From the human T2T-CHM13v2.0 reference genome, Homo sapiens: a DNA stretch of 64,000 bases. Shown here piece after piece: positions 15,731-29,480 of this stretch; the first letter of the stretch is position 1; the number at the start of each line of letters is the position of its first letter. The position numbers were made by a program, and so were the translations under genes. The notes under the pieces are model-generated. The model ran no database searches. It was given only the letters and a program-made list of their open reading frames with translations, and was not told the DNA's origin. The stretch lies in assembly GCF_009914755.1 (NCBI RefSeq), contig NC_060925.1; one strand, written 5' to 3'.

Positions 15731-17719
15731 ACTGGAGGAACCCTGGGTGGCCAACCATGGGCCTAGTCCCTCTTGTACAAGCCATGAGCCAGCTGAGCCT
15801 GAGTGCAAAGACAGAGAGAAGGCCAACTGGAGTCACGATGACATCAACCACCATAAGCTGGGGGCAAGTCAAGAAAACCAACAGAAAGCTGAGAAACTAC
15901 TGGAGCATCAAGGCCAAGCAAAAACCCCTGATTCCATGTTCTTGGCCATGTTAGCCACAATGTCCTGTGCAGTATGTTTTCCCTGTGCAGAGGCAAAAGC
16001 ATATTGGGCATATGTTCCCAATCCCCCAGTAGTATGAACTGTACTTTGGAGTGACACTCCCCTGAGATCTATCATGATCAGGGAGCATGGACTCCAGGAC
16101 CCCTAACTCCCCCTGACACAGAACAGTTAGACTCTCAGAACAATGTCATTAATTATACTGCCCCACAAGAAGGACTCCCCTTGACACTACAAAGATGTCA
16201 CTCAACCATAGCTGTCTTTATAATTCAAGCTCAAGAATGGTTGAGTCGCTATGGAAAAGTCATGTACCTATTAAGTCTTGGTTGTATTAATGTAATTGGT
16301 ATGCTAACCAACCATTCCCAGTCCAATCACTCCAATTGTGCTGACTATATGGAATGGATTCCCTTCGATAGTTTCTACCCTGCTCCATGGAAACAGTGTC
16401 TTGGCCCATTGGCTGGAAAACAACCTATGTTAACTGGAGACATTGTGGATTGGCGACCTAAAGGTCAACTATATGGAAAAGATGAAAACCAGAAATCATG
16501 CCACAAACTTCACTGGCATTAGTGGCAAACTTTTAATGCTGCTTCTTTATACTACACTGGGATCCAATCCCAGTCTGCTGCCCAGATTGCTTGGCAAAAG
16601 CAGGCTTTAGCCTGCCTCTTCCTCAGTGGCATCATCTAGGGAGGAAAGGACCAGTCCAAGAGACACTATGGAAGGCAGCACTCCCATTTATGAATGGCAG
16701 CATCTAGGTTGGGATACTATGCAATAATAGCAATAGTAAGCAACACAGTCTTAACCTTACATTTGTAAAGAATATCACCACTCAATTTATGATTTTTGTT
16801 TTTAATCCTTATGACTTTTTGGCAGCTAAGAAGGACCAGCTCCAGGTAAACAATACCCAATTGAACTGTAAATCTTGCCAGTTATATCACTGCATTAATC
16901 ATAGCACATTGCAAACACATAATATCTCTACTTAATAATTTTGGGTTGCATCCCTGGGCTATGGATTCCCATTAATCTGTCCAAGCCTTAGGCTGCCATC
17001 CGTGCTTTGCACTTCGTGAAACTACTTCTAACTCAGCCTTCTCATCATGCCCGTAGAGCTTTAGGCATGATAATATTTGCTATTGTTTCCTTGGTCACAC
17101 TAATAACTTCTGTTGTGATGTCCTCTGTAGCTTTGCATAGTTCTGTTCAAACGGCTCAGTACATAGAGAACTGGACACATACAGCCAACCAAGTGTGGCT
17201 ACTTCAGAATAAAATTAACACTGAGTTACAAACTGAAGTGGCTATGTTGAAATCCACAGTTCTAGGGTTAGAAGAACAAGTATAAATCTTACAATTGCAA
17301 CAGCAATTGTGCTGTTATTTTAATCACACTCATATTTGTGTAACCAACTTAGAATATAACCAAAGTGAGTATCCACGGGACCTTGTGAAAGCCCATTTGC
17401 AGGGAGCTTTCACACCCAACATCACCTTTGATATTGGCAAATTACAAAACAGAATTCCTTATTTAAGTAAGCAAACTCAAGAGTTTCAGCCTTCTTTAGA
17501 AGACTGGATAGAATTCCAGCAAGGCCTGAAGAACCTAAATCCTTGGACCTACATAAAGCACCACATTAACATCTCATATGCAGTTCTTGGAATAATGTTG
17601 TTTTGTCTCTGTTTTCTGTTTGTAGTCTGTAAAATCAGATGGACTGCCAATCAGAAAATGAGAGCTGTCCAGCCTGGCCTTACATTCATTCAATTAATAC
17701 ATAAACAGAAAGGGGGAAA
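15700..17719 (+). pseudogene. HML-6 env remnant, ending in the polypurine tract (17703-17719)
   Basis: Signal-like MLATMSCAVCFPC and YWAYVPNPP; HARR|ALGMIIFAIVSLV cleavage site and fusion peptide; hydrophobic TM; multiple stops. Start approximate. Confidence 0.85.
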
Positions 17720-18156
17720 TGTAAGGAGCCAAAGGCATGTGGGTCACGACTAACTCATCATTCCACTGGAGGCAATATGATCAAACAGCAAAATGTTTAT
17801 CATTAATGCAGGGTGTAGGCAAACTCATGACTATTCCTGCCGCCAGAACGTATGCTGAGTGCAATCACTCCCTGGAGCCATGTTCCTTGAGGTTATCTAC
17901 TGGAACATCTGGAGACTACTGTTCAGAAAATGCAGCCATGCAAGCCCGCACTGAATCAAGCAGCTATCTGACAACCACCCCCTTCTCCCCTTCTCCTTTA
18001 CTCAATAAACACGAAGGGAGCAAAAAGCTCAGGGCCCTTGTTCACTAGAAGCAAGGAGCCCCCTGACCTCTTCTTCCAAATATACTATTTTATCTTTATC
18101 TTTATTCCCACATTCGTCCCTCTTTGTTCAGTGCAACAGGGATTGGGGCTGCATCA
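17720..18156 (+). repeat. 3' LTR (LTR3-type)
   Basis: Follows the PPT AAACAGAAAGGGGGAAA; TGTAAGG...TGCATCA; followed by the TSD. Confidence 0.93.
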
Positions 18157-18632
18157 TATCTCTTTAATATACTGATTGCTTTTCTTTTGGATATATACCA
18201 GCAGTGGGATTGCTGGATTATAAGGTAATTCTATTTTTAGCTTTTTGAGGAATCTCTTTACTGTTCTCTGTAGTAAGATACATTCCTACCAACAGTATAT
18301 AAGGGTTCCTCATTCTCCACATCTTCACCAGCATCTGTTATTACCTGTCTCTCAGATAAAATCCAGTTTAACTGGGGTGAGATGATATCTTACTGTAGTT
18401 TTGATTTGCATTTCTCTGATGATTAGTAATGTTGAGGACTTTTTAATATACTGGTTGGTCACTTGTATATCTTCCCTTAATAAATGTTTATTCAAACCCA
18501 CTTCAAATTATACTACAATGCTATATGAGTCATAACAGCATGGTAGCATAAAAACAGACACATGAACAGAATAGAGAACCCAGAATTATATGCATTTACA
18601 GTTAACTTATTTTGTGACAAAAGTGCCAAGAA

Positions 18633-19017
<385 letters not shown>

Positions 19018-22000
19018 CTATCTTATGCCATATGCAAAGGTCAAAGCAAAAGGAATTAAAGAGTTAAATCCAAGGATTGAAACTAAGAAAACATTAGATG
19101 AAAACTTTGTAGAAACACTACAGGACATTGGTCTTTGTGAAGATTTCTTGAGTAAGATCTCAAAAGCTCATGCAACCAAAGCAAAAATGGACAAATGAAA
19201 TTACGTTAAGTGAAAAAGCTTCTGCATAGCATAGGAAAAAAAAAAAGCAAAGAGACAGCTCACAAAATGGAAGAAAATATTTGCAAACCATCCATCTTAT
19301 AAAGGATTAATAATCAGAATATATAAGAAGTTCAAACAGCTGAATGGGAAAAAAAATCCCAATTTAAAAATGGGCAAAATTTTTCTTTTATGGATCATGC
19401 TGCTTTTGGAATCATGTTTAATAACTTGATGTCCAGCCTCAGATTTCAAAGATAATCTTCCATCACATTGTTTCTAGACCTGCTGTGGGCCTGAAGGGAA
19501 CCCAGTGGTCTGAAGGGTGAGTCCCAGGCCAAGTACAATTCACCACAAGCTGACTGAAGAGTCCTTGGGCCTTAGGGGAATATTGGCAGTAGTCTCACAG
19601 TACTCTCTGTGGGTCTGTGGCAGCAGTGGCTAAGGGGTTAGGCTCCTCTGCCTTTCAAAAGGGGAGGAAAGTGTGGGAAGGATTCTGTCTTGTGGTTTTA
19701 GTGCCAGCTCAGCCATAGTATAATAGAACATCAAGGACCTCTTCAGTACCTTGGGGAGCTCACTGCCCTAAACGGAAGGACACAGTCTTGGCTGGCTTTA
19801 CCACCTGGGAAGATTGTAGAGCCCTAGGGCCTTAAATAAACGTAGGCAGTAACCAGAAAGTGGTTACAGCAGGCCTTGGCCAAGGCCTTGGCCAAGACCC
19901 AGTGCTGTGCTGGCTTTAGATCTAACGAAGTGAAATTCTAGTGCTGGTGGCCACATGGATGCTTGTGTTACTCTAGCCCCAGCTTCAGGTGGCTCAGAAC
20001 AGAGAGAGAGAGGCTCTTTTTGGGGAAAAGTAAGAGAAGAGAACAAAGGTCTTTGCCTGGTAATCCATATAATTCTTCTGGGTCTTTTTCAAGGCCATCA
20101 AGGCAGGACTTCTATGAGTTTGCAAGAACCACAGCATTACTAGGCATAAGGTAAACCCTAAAACAGATATAGCTTAGGTTACAACTCTCAAGTCAATCTG
20201 AATATCTGAAAAGCCTTCCCAAGAATGACAAATACAGAGAAACCCAGACAGAGAAGAATACAATAAATGTCTAACTCTTCAATGGTAACACAGAGACAAA
20301 CATCTGTAAGTATCAAGACCATGAAGGGAAACAGGACTTCACCAAATGGACTAAATAAGGCACCAGGGGGAGAAGCTGAGATATGTAACCTTTCATACAG
20401 AGATTTCAAAATAGCTGTTTTGAGGAAATTCAGAGAAATTCAAAATAACACACAGAAAGAATGTAGAATTAAATCAGACAAATTTAACAAGAAATTGAAG
20501 TAATTAAAAATAATTAAGTAGATATTCTGTGGCTGAAAAATGCAATTGGGATACTAAAGAATATATCAGTCTTTTAATAGCTGAACCGATCAAGCAGAAG
20601 AAAGAATTAGTGAGCTTGAAGACAGGCTATTTGAAAATACAATATCAGAGGAGACAAAATAAAAAGATTAAAAATGAAGCACATCTACAGCATAGAAAAT
20701 GCCTTAAAACAGCAAATCTTAGAGTTATTGGTGTTAAAGAGGTGGTAGACAGATAGGGGTAGAAGGTTTATTCAAAGGGATAATAAGAGAGAACTTCCCA
20801 AACCTAGAAAAAGATATCAATATTTAAGTACAAATAGGTTGTAGAACACCAAGCAGATTTAACCCAAAGAAGACAACCTCAAGGCATTTGATAATCAAAC
20901 TCCCAAAGGTCAAAGATTAAAAAAGGATCCAAGAAGCAGCAAGAGAATGGAGATCCAATATTTTTGGCACCAGTTTTTCCATAGAAGAAAACCTAACAGG
21001 CCACGAAAGAGTGGCATGACGTATTTAAAGTGCTAAAGGAAAAAAAATTAAAAGCTTACCCTTGAATAATATATCAGGCAAAAGTATGCTTCAAACATGA
21101 AGGAGAAACAAAAGGTGAGAAACATGAAGGAAAAACAAAAGGTGAGAGATTTAATTAACACCAGACCTATTCTACAAGATATTCTCAAGAGAGTACTTCA
21201 ATCAGAAAGAAAAGGACATTAATGAGCTATAACGAAATCATCTGAAGCTACAAAACTCACTGCTAATAGTAAGCATGCAGAAAAATACAGAATATTATAA
21301 CACCGTAATTGTAGTGTGTAAACTACTCTTATCTTAAAAAGAAAGTCTAAAAGATGAACCATTCTAAAATAATAACTACAACAACTTTTCAAGACATAGA
21401 CCATAAAATAAGATATAAATAGAAACAACAAAAAGTGAAAAAAATGAAGGATAAAATTAAGGCGTAGAGCCTATTAGTTTTCTTCTTGCTTGTTTGTATG
21501 TTTGTTAGTATATGCAAAATATTTTCAGTTGTAATCAACTTAAAATATGTGTTATAAGACAGTATTTGCAATCCTCGTTTTAACCTGTAACCAAAAAACG
21601 TATAGCAGGTGCACAAAAAAATAAAAAGCATGAAACTAAATCATATCACCAGAGAAAATCACCTTTACTAAAAGACAGAAAGAAAAGAAAGGAGGAAGAG
21701 AAGATCAGAAAATGAATAACAAAATGACAGGAATAAGTTCTTACTTATCAATAAAATGGCAGGAATAAGTTCTTACTTATCAATAATAAAAGTTCTTACT
21801 TATTATTAAGTTTATTATTAATACACTTAATAATAATTTAATAACTTAAATGTAAATGGACTAAACTCACCAATCAAAAGACATAGTGTGACTGAATGGA
21901 TAAAAAAAGAAGACCCAATAATCTGTTGCCTACAATAAATATACTTCACCTATTAAGGCACACATAGACTGAAAATAAGATGAAAAAAGATATTCCATAC

Positions 22001-22098
22001 CAATGTAAACCATAAAAGAGCAGTAATAGTTACACTTATGTCAGAGAAAGTGGATTTCAAGGCAAAAAGTAAAAGGAAAGGAAAAGAAGGTCACTGTA

Positions 22099-22529
22099 TG
22101 ATGTAGTTTGGATGTGTGTCCCCACTCAAATCTCATATTGAAATGTAATGCCTAATATTGGAGGTGGGGCCTGGTGGGAGGTGAGTGGATCACGGGGGCA
22201 GATTTCTCATGAATGGTTTAGCACCATTTCTCTTGGTACTCTCTTGGCAATAGAGAGTGAGTTCTCTTGAGATCTGGTCATTTCGAAGTGTGTAGCATGA
22301 GACGTCTCCCCTTGCTCTCTTGCACCTGCTCTGGCCATGTGACATGCCTGCTTCCTCTTTGCATTTGCCATGATTGTAAGTTTCTTAAGGCCTCTCCAGA
22401 AGCCAAGCAGATGTCAGTATCATGCTTCCTATACAGCTTGCAAAGTCGTTAGCCCACTAACCCTCCATTCTGTATAAATTACCCAGTCTCAGGTATTTCT
22501 CTATAGCAATGCAAGAATGGCCTAATACA
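22099..22529 (+). mobile_element. MSTA/MSTB MaLR solo LTR inside the L1MA2
   Basis: TGATGTAGTTTGGATGTGTGTCCCC...ACCCAGTCTCAGGTATTTC...CTAATACA. Confidence 0.85.
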
Positions 22530-22599
22530 GTATATAATGATAAAGAGGTTAATTAAGCAATAAGATAACAACAATTATAAATATATATGCACCCAACAC

Positions 22600-22821
22600 T
22601 GGAGCACCCAGATATATAAAGCAAATATTATCAGAGCTGAAGAGAGAGATAGGCCCCAATATCATGATAGCTGGAGACTTCAACACCCCACTTTCTACAA
22701 CGGACATACTTGGAGCACCCAGATATATAAAGCAAATATTATCAGAGCTGAAGAGAGAGATAGGCCCCAATATCATGATAGCTGGAGACTTCAACACCCC
22801 ACTTTCTACAACGGACATACT
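22600..22821. repeat. Perfect 111-bp tandem duplication (two copies)
   Basis: 22600-22710 is identical to 22711-22821 by direct reading; the ORF track shows the matching 37-aa repeat. Confidence 0.97.
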
Positions 22822-25800
22822 TTCCAACAGAAAATCAACAAAAAAAATCGGATTTAATCTTCACTATAGACCAAATAAACCTGATATTTACAAAACATTT
22901 CATCCAATGGCTGCAGAATACACATTCTTTTCCTCAACATATGGATCATTCTCAAGGATAGACCATATGTTAGGTCACAAAGCAAGTCATAAAACATTCA
23001 AAAAATTAAATAATAGCGAACATCTACACTGACCACATTGAAAATCAATAACAAGAAGAATTTTGGAAACTATACAAATAGTTAGAAGTTATACAACATG
23101 GTTCTGGATGACCAGTGGGTCATTGAAGAAATTAAGAAAGAAATTGAAAAGTTTCTTGAAACAAATGATTATGAAAATGCAACAAACCAAAACCTATGAG
23201 ATACAGCAAAAATAGTACTAAGAGGAGTTTATACCCACAAGTGCCTACATCAAAAAAGAAAAAAAAAAAACTTCAAAGAAACAATTGACTTATGTGTCTA
23301 AAAGAACTAGAAAAGCAAGAGGAAACCAAACCAGAATTAGTAGAAGAAAAGGCATAATTAAGATCAGAGCAAAAATAAATAAAATTAAAGAAAAACAATA
23401 CAAAAGGTAAATGAAACAAAAAGTTCGTTTATTTGAAAATTTAAACAAAATAGACAAACCTTTAGCCAGACTAAGGAAAAAAATAGAGAAGATTCAAGTA
23501 AATAAAACCTGAGATGAAAAAGGAGACATTAGACATTACAACCGATACTGCAGAAGTTCAAAGGATCATTAGTGAATACTATGAACAACTATATGCCAAT
23601 AAATTGGGAAAAAAATTAGAAGAAATGGACAAATTGCTATACACATACAACCTACTAAGATAGAACCAGGAAGAAATCTAAATTCTGAACAGATCAATAA
23701 CAAGTAACAAGATCAAAGCCATAATACAAAATTTCCCACTAAAGAAAAGCCTGGGTCCCAGTGACTTCACTTCTGAATTCCACCAAATACCTAACTAATA
23801 ACATCCTACTCAAACTATTCCAAAAAACAAAGGAGAATAGAATACTTTCAAACTCATTCTGTGAGGCCCTGACACTAAAACCAAAAACACATGAAAAAAA
23901 AAGAAAAGAAAACTACAGGCCAATATCCATGATGAATATTGATGCAAAAATCTTCAACAAAATACTAGCAAACCAAATCAAATTAAACAATATATTAAAA
24001 ATACTATTCATTATGACCAAGTAGAATTTATTTCTGGGATGCAAGGATTCTTCACCATATGCAAATCATCAATGTGATACATCATATCAACAGAATGAAG
24101 GACAAAAACAATATGATCACTTCAATTGATGTTGAAAGAGCATTTAATAAAATTCAACATATTTTTATGATTAAAAACTCTCAAAAAACTGGATATAGAA
24201 AAAATATATCTCAGCATAATAAAAGCCACATATGACAGACCCACAACTAGTATTAAACTGAATGGGGAAAAACTGGAACCCCTTTCTCTAAAATCTGGAA
24301 CATGACAAGGATTCCAACTTTCACCACTGTTACTCGACATACACTGGAAATACTAGCTAGAGAAATCAGATGAGAGAAATGAATAGAAAGCATTCAAATT
24401 GGAAAGGAAGAAGTCAAATTATCCTTGCTTGCAGGGATATATTTGGAAAAACCTTGACTCCATAAAAGAACTGTTAGAACTAATAAACAAGTTGAGTAGT
24501 TGTGGGATACAAAATCAACATTCCAAAAATCAGTTGCATTTCTATAAGCCAATAGTGAACAATCTTGAAAAGAAATAAAAAAAGCAATCCCATTCACAAT
24601 AGCCACATATAAAATTAAATACTTAGTAATTAACCAAAAAAGTAAAAGATCCCTATAATAAAAACTATAAAACATTGATGAAAGAAATTGAAAAGGACAC
24701 CAAAAAATAAAAAGATATTCCATGTTTATAGATTTCAAGAATCAATATTATTAAAATGTTCATGCTATCCAAAGCATTCTACAGATTCAGTGCAGTGCCT
24801 ATCAAAATGCCAGTGATATTCTTCACAGAAACAGAAAAAAAAATTCTAAAATTTATATGGAAACACTAAAGACCCAAAATAGACAAAAGTCTTCTAAGCA
24901 CACAGAAAAAGAAAACTATAGGAATCACGTTACCTGACTTCAAATTATACTACAGAGCTATAGTAACCAAAACAGTATGGTACTAGCATAAAAACAGACA
25001 CATAAACCAAAAGAATAGAGAATCCAGAAACAAATCCACACGCCTACAGTTAACTCATCTTCAACAAAGTTTCCAACAATGTACATACAATGGAAAAAAT
25101 ACAGTCTCTTTAATAAATGGTACTGGGAAAACTGAATATTTCTATGTAGAAGAATGAAACTAGAACTCTACCTCTTTCTGTATGCAAAAATCAAATTAAA
25201 ATGGATAAAAGGCTTAAATCTAAGAACCCAAACTGTATAACTACTATCAGAATACATGGGGGAAACTCTCCAGGACATTGTCCTGGGCAAACATTTCTTG
25301 CCCAGTACCTCACAAGCACAGGTAACCAAAGCAAAAATGGACAAATGGGATCACATCAAGTTAAAGAAGACTCTGTACAGCAAGGAGAAACAGTCAACAA
25401 AGTGATGAGACAACCCACGGAAGGAGATAAAATATTTGCAAACTACCCATCTCACAAGGGATTAATAAACCAAATATATAAGGAGCTCAAACTCCATACA
25501 GAAAATTCAATAGATTTTAAAAATCAGTAAAATATTTAAATATGTATTTCTCAAAAGAAGACATACAAATGACAAACAAGCATATGAAAAGACATACAAC
25601 ATCACTGATCATCAGAGAAATGTAAATCAAAACAATGAGATATCATCTTATTCCAGTTAAAATGGCCTATATCCAAAAGACAGGCAACAAATGCTGGCGA
25701 AGATGTGGGGAAAAAGGAACCCTCAAACACTGTTGGTGGCAATGTAAATTAGTACTACCACTATGGAGAACAGTTTGGAGGTTCCTCAAAAAAAAATCTA

Positions 25801-27419
25801 AAAATAGGACTACCATAGGATCCAGCAATTTCACTGCTTTGCTTACATCAAAAAGAAAGGAAACCAGTATCTTGAACAGACATCTGCACTTCCATGTTTG
25901 TTGTAGCACTGTTCACAATAGCTAAGATTTGGAAGCAACCTAGGTGTCCATCACAGATAAAGGGATAAAGAAATTTAGTACTTATACACAATGGAATACT
26001 GTTCAGCCATAAAAATGAATGAAATCCTGTCATTTGCAACAAGATGATTGGAACTGGAGGTCATTATGCTAAGTAAAATAAGCCAGGCACAGAAAGACAA
26101 ACATTGCATGTTATCACTTATTTGTGGGATCTAAAATTCAAAACAATTGAACTTATAGAGAGTATAAAGATGGTTATCAGAGACTAGGAAGAATAGTGAG
26201 GTGATGATGGGGAGGTGGAGATGGTAACGGATAGAAAAAAAATAGTTAAAAAGAATGAATAAGACCTAGTATTTAATATCACATTAGGGTGACCATAGTC
26301 AACAATAATTTGATTATTGGTTTTAAAATAAGTAAAAGAGTATAATTGGATTATTTGTAACACAAAAGATAAATGCTTGGAGGGGATGGATACCCCCTTT
26401 TTACATGATGTGATTATTATGTATTGTATGCTTGTAATCAAAGCTTTCAGGTATTTCATAGATATAGAAGCCTACTATATACCCACCAAAATTAAAATTT
26501 TAAAAAATGAAAACATAAATATAAAAGATAAGTTCCTTTCTTTTTTCTTAAGTTTTACAGTTTTACATTTCATATTTTAGTCAATCATCCAGGAGGAGTT
26601 AATTTTGTATAAGATATGAGATGTAGCACAAGTTTTATTTATTTATTTGCAATTGTTTCAGCATCATATGCTGAAAAGGCTATCTTCCTCCATTGGATTA
26701 CTTTTGTGCCTTTATCAGAAATTTATTGGGCAAATTTGTGTCTATTTCTGAGTTCTCTATTCTTTTCCATTGATCTATTTGTCTAGTCTCCCAATACCAC
26801 ACACAGTGTTGATTACTATAGTGAAAAATGTCTTGCAATCAGAAAGAGCAGTTGTCCCACTTTATTCTTATTTTTTTTCAAAATTGTTTTAGCTATTCTA
26901 GTGGCTTTGGCTTTCAATACACATTTTAGAGTAATCTTGTACACACCTGCAAAAAATCTTGCTTGGATTTTTACAGGAACTCAATTAAACTTATATATCA
27001 ATTTTTGAGAATTGAGAACTTTATTGATACTTCAATACATGACTACAGTATTTCTCTTCATTTTTATAAATAACCTTTGATTTTTTTCATCAGTGTTGTG
27101 TAGTTTTCAGCTTACAAGTCCTGTACAGGTTTTGTTATGTTTACACATGAATATTTTATTTTTAGCAGTTATAAATGGTACTGTATTTTCAATTCTGATG
27201 TCTATGTGTTTATTGCTAGTATACAGCAATAGATTGCTGTTACATTAATCTTGCATCCTTCAACCATGTTGAATGCATTTATTAGTTTGAGATTTTTTAC
27301 TTTTTATTTTTGTAGATGCCTTTGGAATTTCTACATAGACAACCAACTTATCTGCAAATAGGAATGGTTTTATTTCTCCCTTTACAATCTCTGTATTTTT
27401 GTACCTCTCTATTCTCTCT

Positions 27420-27580
27420 TCTTGTAAGGACTCCAGCCATATTGGATAAGAGTCCACCTTAATCATGTATAAACTCAACTTAACTTGAATTCATCTGCAA
27501 AGACAATATTTCCAAATAAAAGCACATTCTGAGGTTCCAAGTGGACATAACTATTTGGGAGACACTATTTGTTCTGTAAC
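27420..27580 (-). mobile_element. MLT1 MaLR fragment
   Basis: TCTGCAAAGAC..TATTTCCAAATAA...CACATTCTGAGGT motif. Confidence 0.55.
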
Positions 27581-29194
27581 ACTTGGGTTTTCTTTCTGCC
27601 TCATATATTCCAAATTTGGAGTTGAAGAAGCTGGCAACCCAGAAATGCCAACAGACATGGACATAAAAAGTCCAAAGAAAAGTTTATTCGCTCTACGTAC
27701 AGGGCCAGAAAAGGAGGAGCCTAGCAAGGCCAAAAATTTTTACATAGTAACTGCACTACTCCAACTGAAAACAGGTGGTGTCACCTTATTGACATCAAGA
27801 AAGACTCAGTGAGGATCACACACTTCCATCCTTGTGAGGCTGTAACAAAGCTCCCTACATCCCTGCAAGGATGATAGCAGACATAGCCACTGAAGATGCT
27901 GGGACTTTCATTTCCACTGTTGGCAGTGAGCTCTTCCCTGTGTTATCAATAGAAATCAATGGGAAGCCTAAACTTCTGCCCCTAATTGGCAGGAAAGTAA
28001 CAAGGCATCCCCTTGTCTCTACTGGAGTGGTGGCAGAGGCCCATTAGGAAGTCAGGACTTTTACCCTTGCCCAGGAGTAATCAGGTCACTCCCACTGTGG
28101 TATTAATGGAGACTTGGTGGGGGAAGCCAAACCCCATCCCTGTAGTAAGGCCCCGCACTTGACTGATCTGCCTTTTTCTTTTGACTTTTCAGAAGAGTTT
28201 TAAAAGACTTTCTTGTTTATCTAACTTCCTCTCCAACACGTTCAATAAATCTTTAAAGGGGATTTAGTAAAAAATAAAATGTAGTGAATTGAATGTAACA
28301 TCCTTTCTAGATCAGCACAGGCGGTTGTGTGGGGCATGGTTCCAGTCCAAGGGCACAATCCTCAGAGCCCTTGAAGCTCAGTGTTTCAGAGTCTAGGAGC
28401 AGTCAGTTTATATACTATGCTGTTGTCTGTGTTCTTATGTTCTTGGACAGCCCAGCTCTCCAGGATGATGGTAAGGACAGAGAGAGTAGTCTGAGAAGTT
28501 GTCTCTACATTCTTCAAACCCTTACACAGGAACCCAGGAGAGTGAGCATCTCTCTGCTTTATTTCAGGGCTGAGCTCCAGATTTCAGAGGTTTCTTTATA
28601 AACATCAGTAATTTTTTGAGTTTGACAAGATCACAGCAGTGCCATGAAGCCATCTGAAGCATCGAGGCTCAGGTTACCTCTTTGGCATGTAAGTCAGATG
28701 TCCTTCATGATGTTCTTTGCCTCTGACACAAATTCTTTCCACATTCCTCTTCAGATATTCAATGTGGAGCTATCTCAACCAGGGATGAGCCATCCTCAAA
28801 TTATTAATGACTTCATTTGCAAAATATATTTTCTTTATGATGCCATTGTATAAGATCAAACCAGAGAGGAGATCCTAAATACAGGCGAGCTTTGATAAAG
28901 ATTTTACTTTGACAGCATCTTCACTTGGTTCGTGACTGCCTTCGCTATTCTGGTTGAAAGAGTGTAAGCCATCCCATAATATAGCCTGTTTTACCTTTTT
29001 TGTTATTTCAATTACTTCTCATGAGATCTGACTCCGTTTCCACAATAACTGGCTGATCTGCCCAATTTCTACTGGATTTATTAATATATCATAATTTCTG
29101 CTTTTCTTTTGGAAAACAAATTTCTTCTCTGATCAATATTTCTTAATATTTATCCTCTTTTGCTGCTTTTGTTAAAAATATTTGTCCTCTGTTT

Positions 29195-29480
29195 TAGGGC
29201 TCAAATGCCTACAAGGACCAATGAAACTGGAGCAACAAATATAAGCAAAACAACAGCGAGTGCAAGAGGACACAGCAAATTAGAGAATGCATGCCCCTAT
29301 CTAACAGATGCGGTGGGCACTTTTCATTTTATCAGATTCTCCAAATTTTCAAGAGAAGCCAGAAATTCAGGCTTTTAGAGGTTAGCATCTAAATAAAAAG
29401 TTAAAAAAATAAAAGGTGTATGTGACCACACAACATAGGTCTGAGTGCCAGATTTGGCTCTTTGGTCACCAATTAAAGAC
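29195..29480 (+). mobile_element. MER102-like hAT DNA transposon remnant
   Basis: CTCAAATGCCTACA...GCATGCCCTATCTAA...TTTTCAAGAGAAGCCAGAAAT resembles the recalled MER102 consensus. Confidence 0.5.

Larger units (their letters stand above)
10201..18156 (+). mobile_element. HERV-K(HML-6)/HERVK3 provirus with two LTR3-type LTRs, defective
   Basis: Two 437-bp TG..CA LTRs, 6-bp TSD TATCTC (10195-10200 and 18157-18162), Lys3 PBS, PPT, betaretroviral gag-pro-pol-env remnants. Confidence 0.93.
19462..26523 (+). mobile_element. Near full-length L1MA2-like LINE, heavily decayed
   Basis: Old 5'UTR, ORF1-like and ORF2-like fragments (IAGDFNTPLS, ENYRPIS), 3'UTR GAATGAATAAGACCTAGTATTT...GGATGGATACCCC; TSD-like AAAGATAA..TTCC at ~19448 and ~26524. 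Confidence 0.85.

Noticed and set aside
10870-17753. Intact retroviral gag, pol or env (e.g. a syncytin-like domesticated gene)
   Set aside because: All frames are fragmented (longest 152 aa), gag has an early stop, RT is missing and pro is interrupted by an L1.
22549-23032. Protein with an internal 37-aa repeat
   Set aside because: It is the translation of the 111-bp DNA duplication inside a dead L1 endonuclease region.
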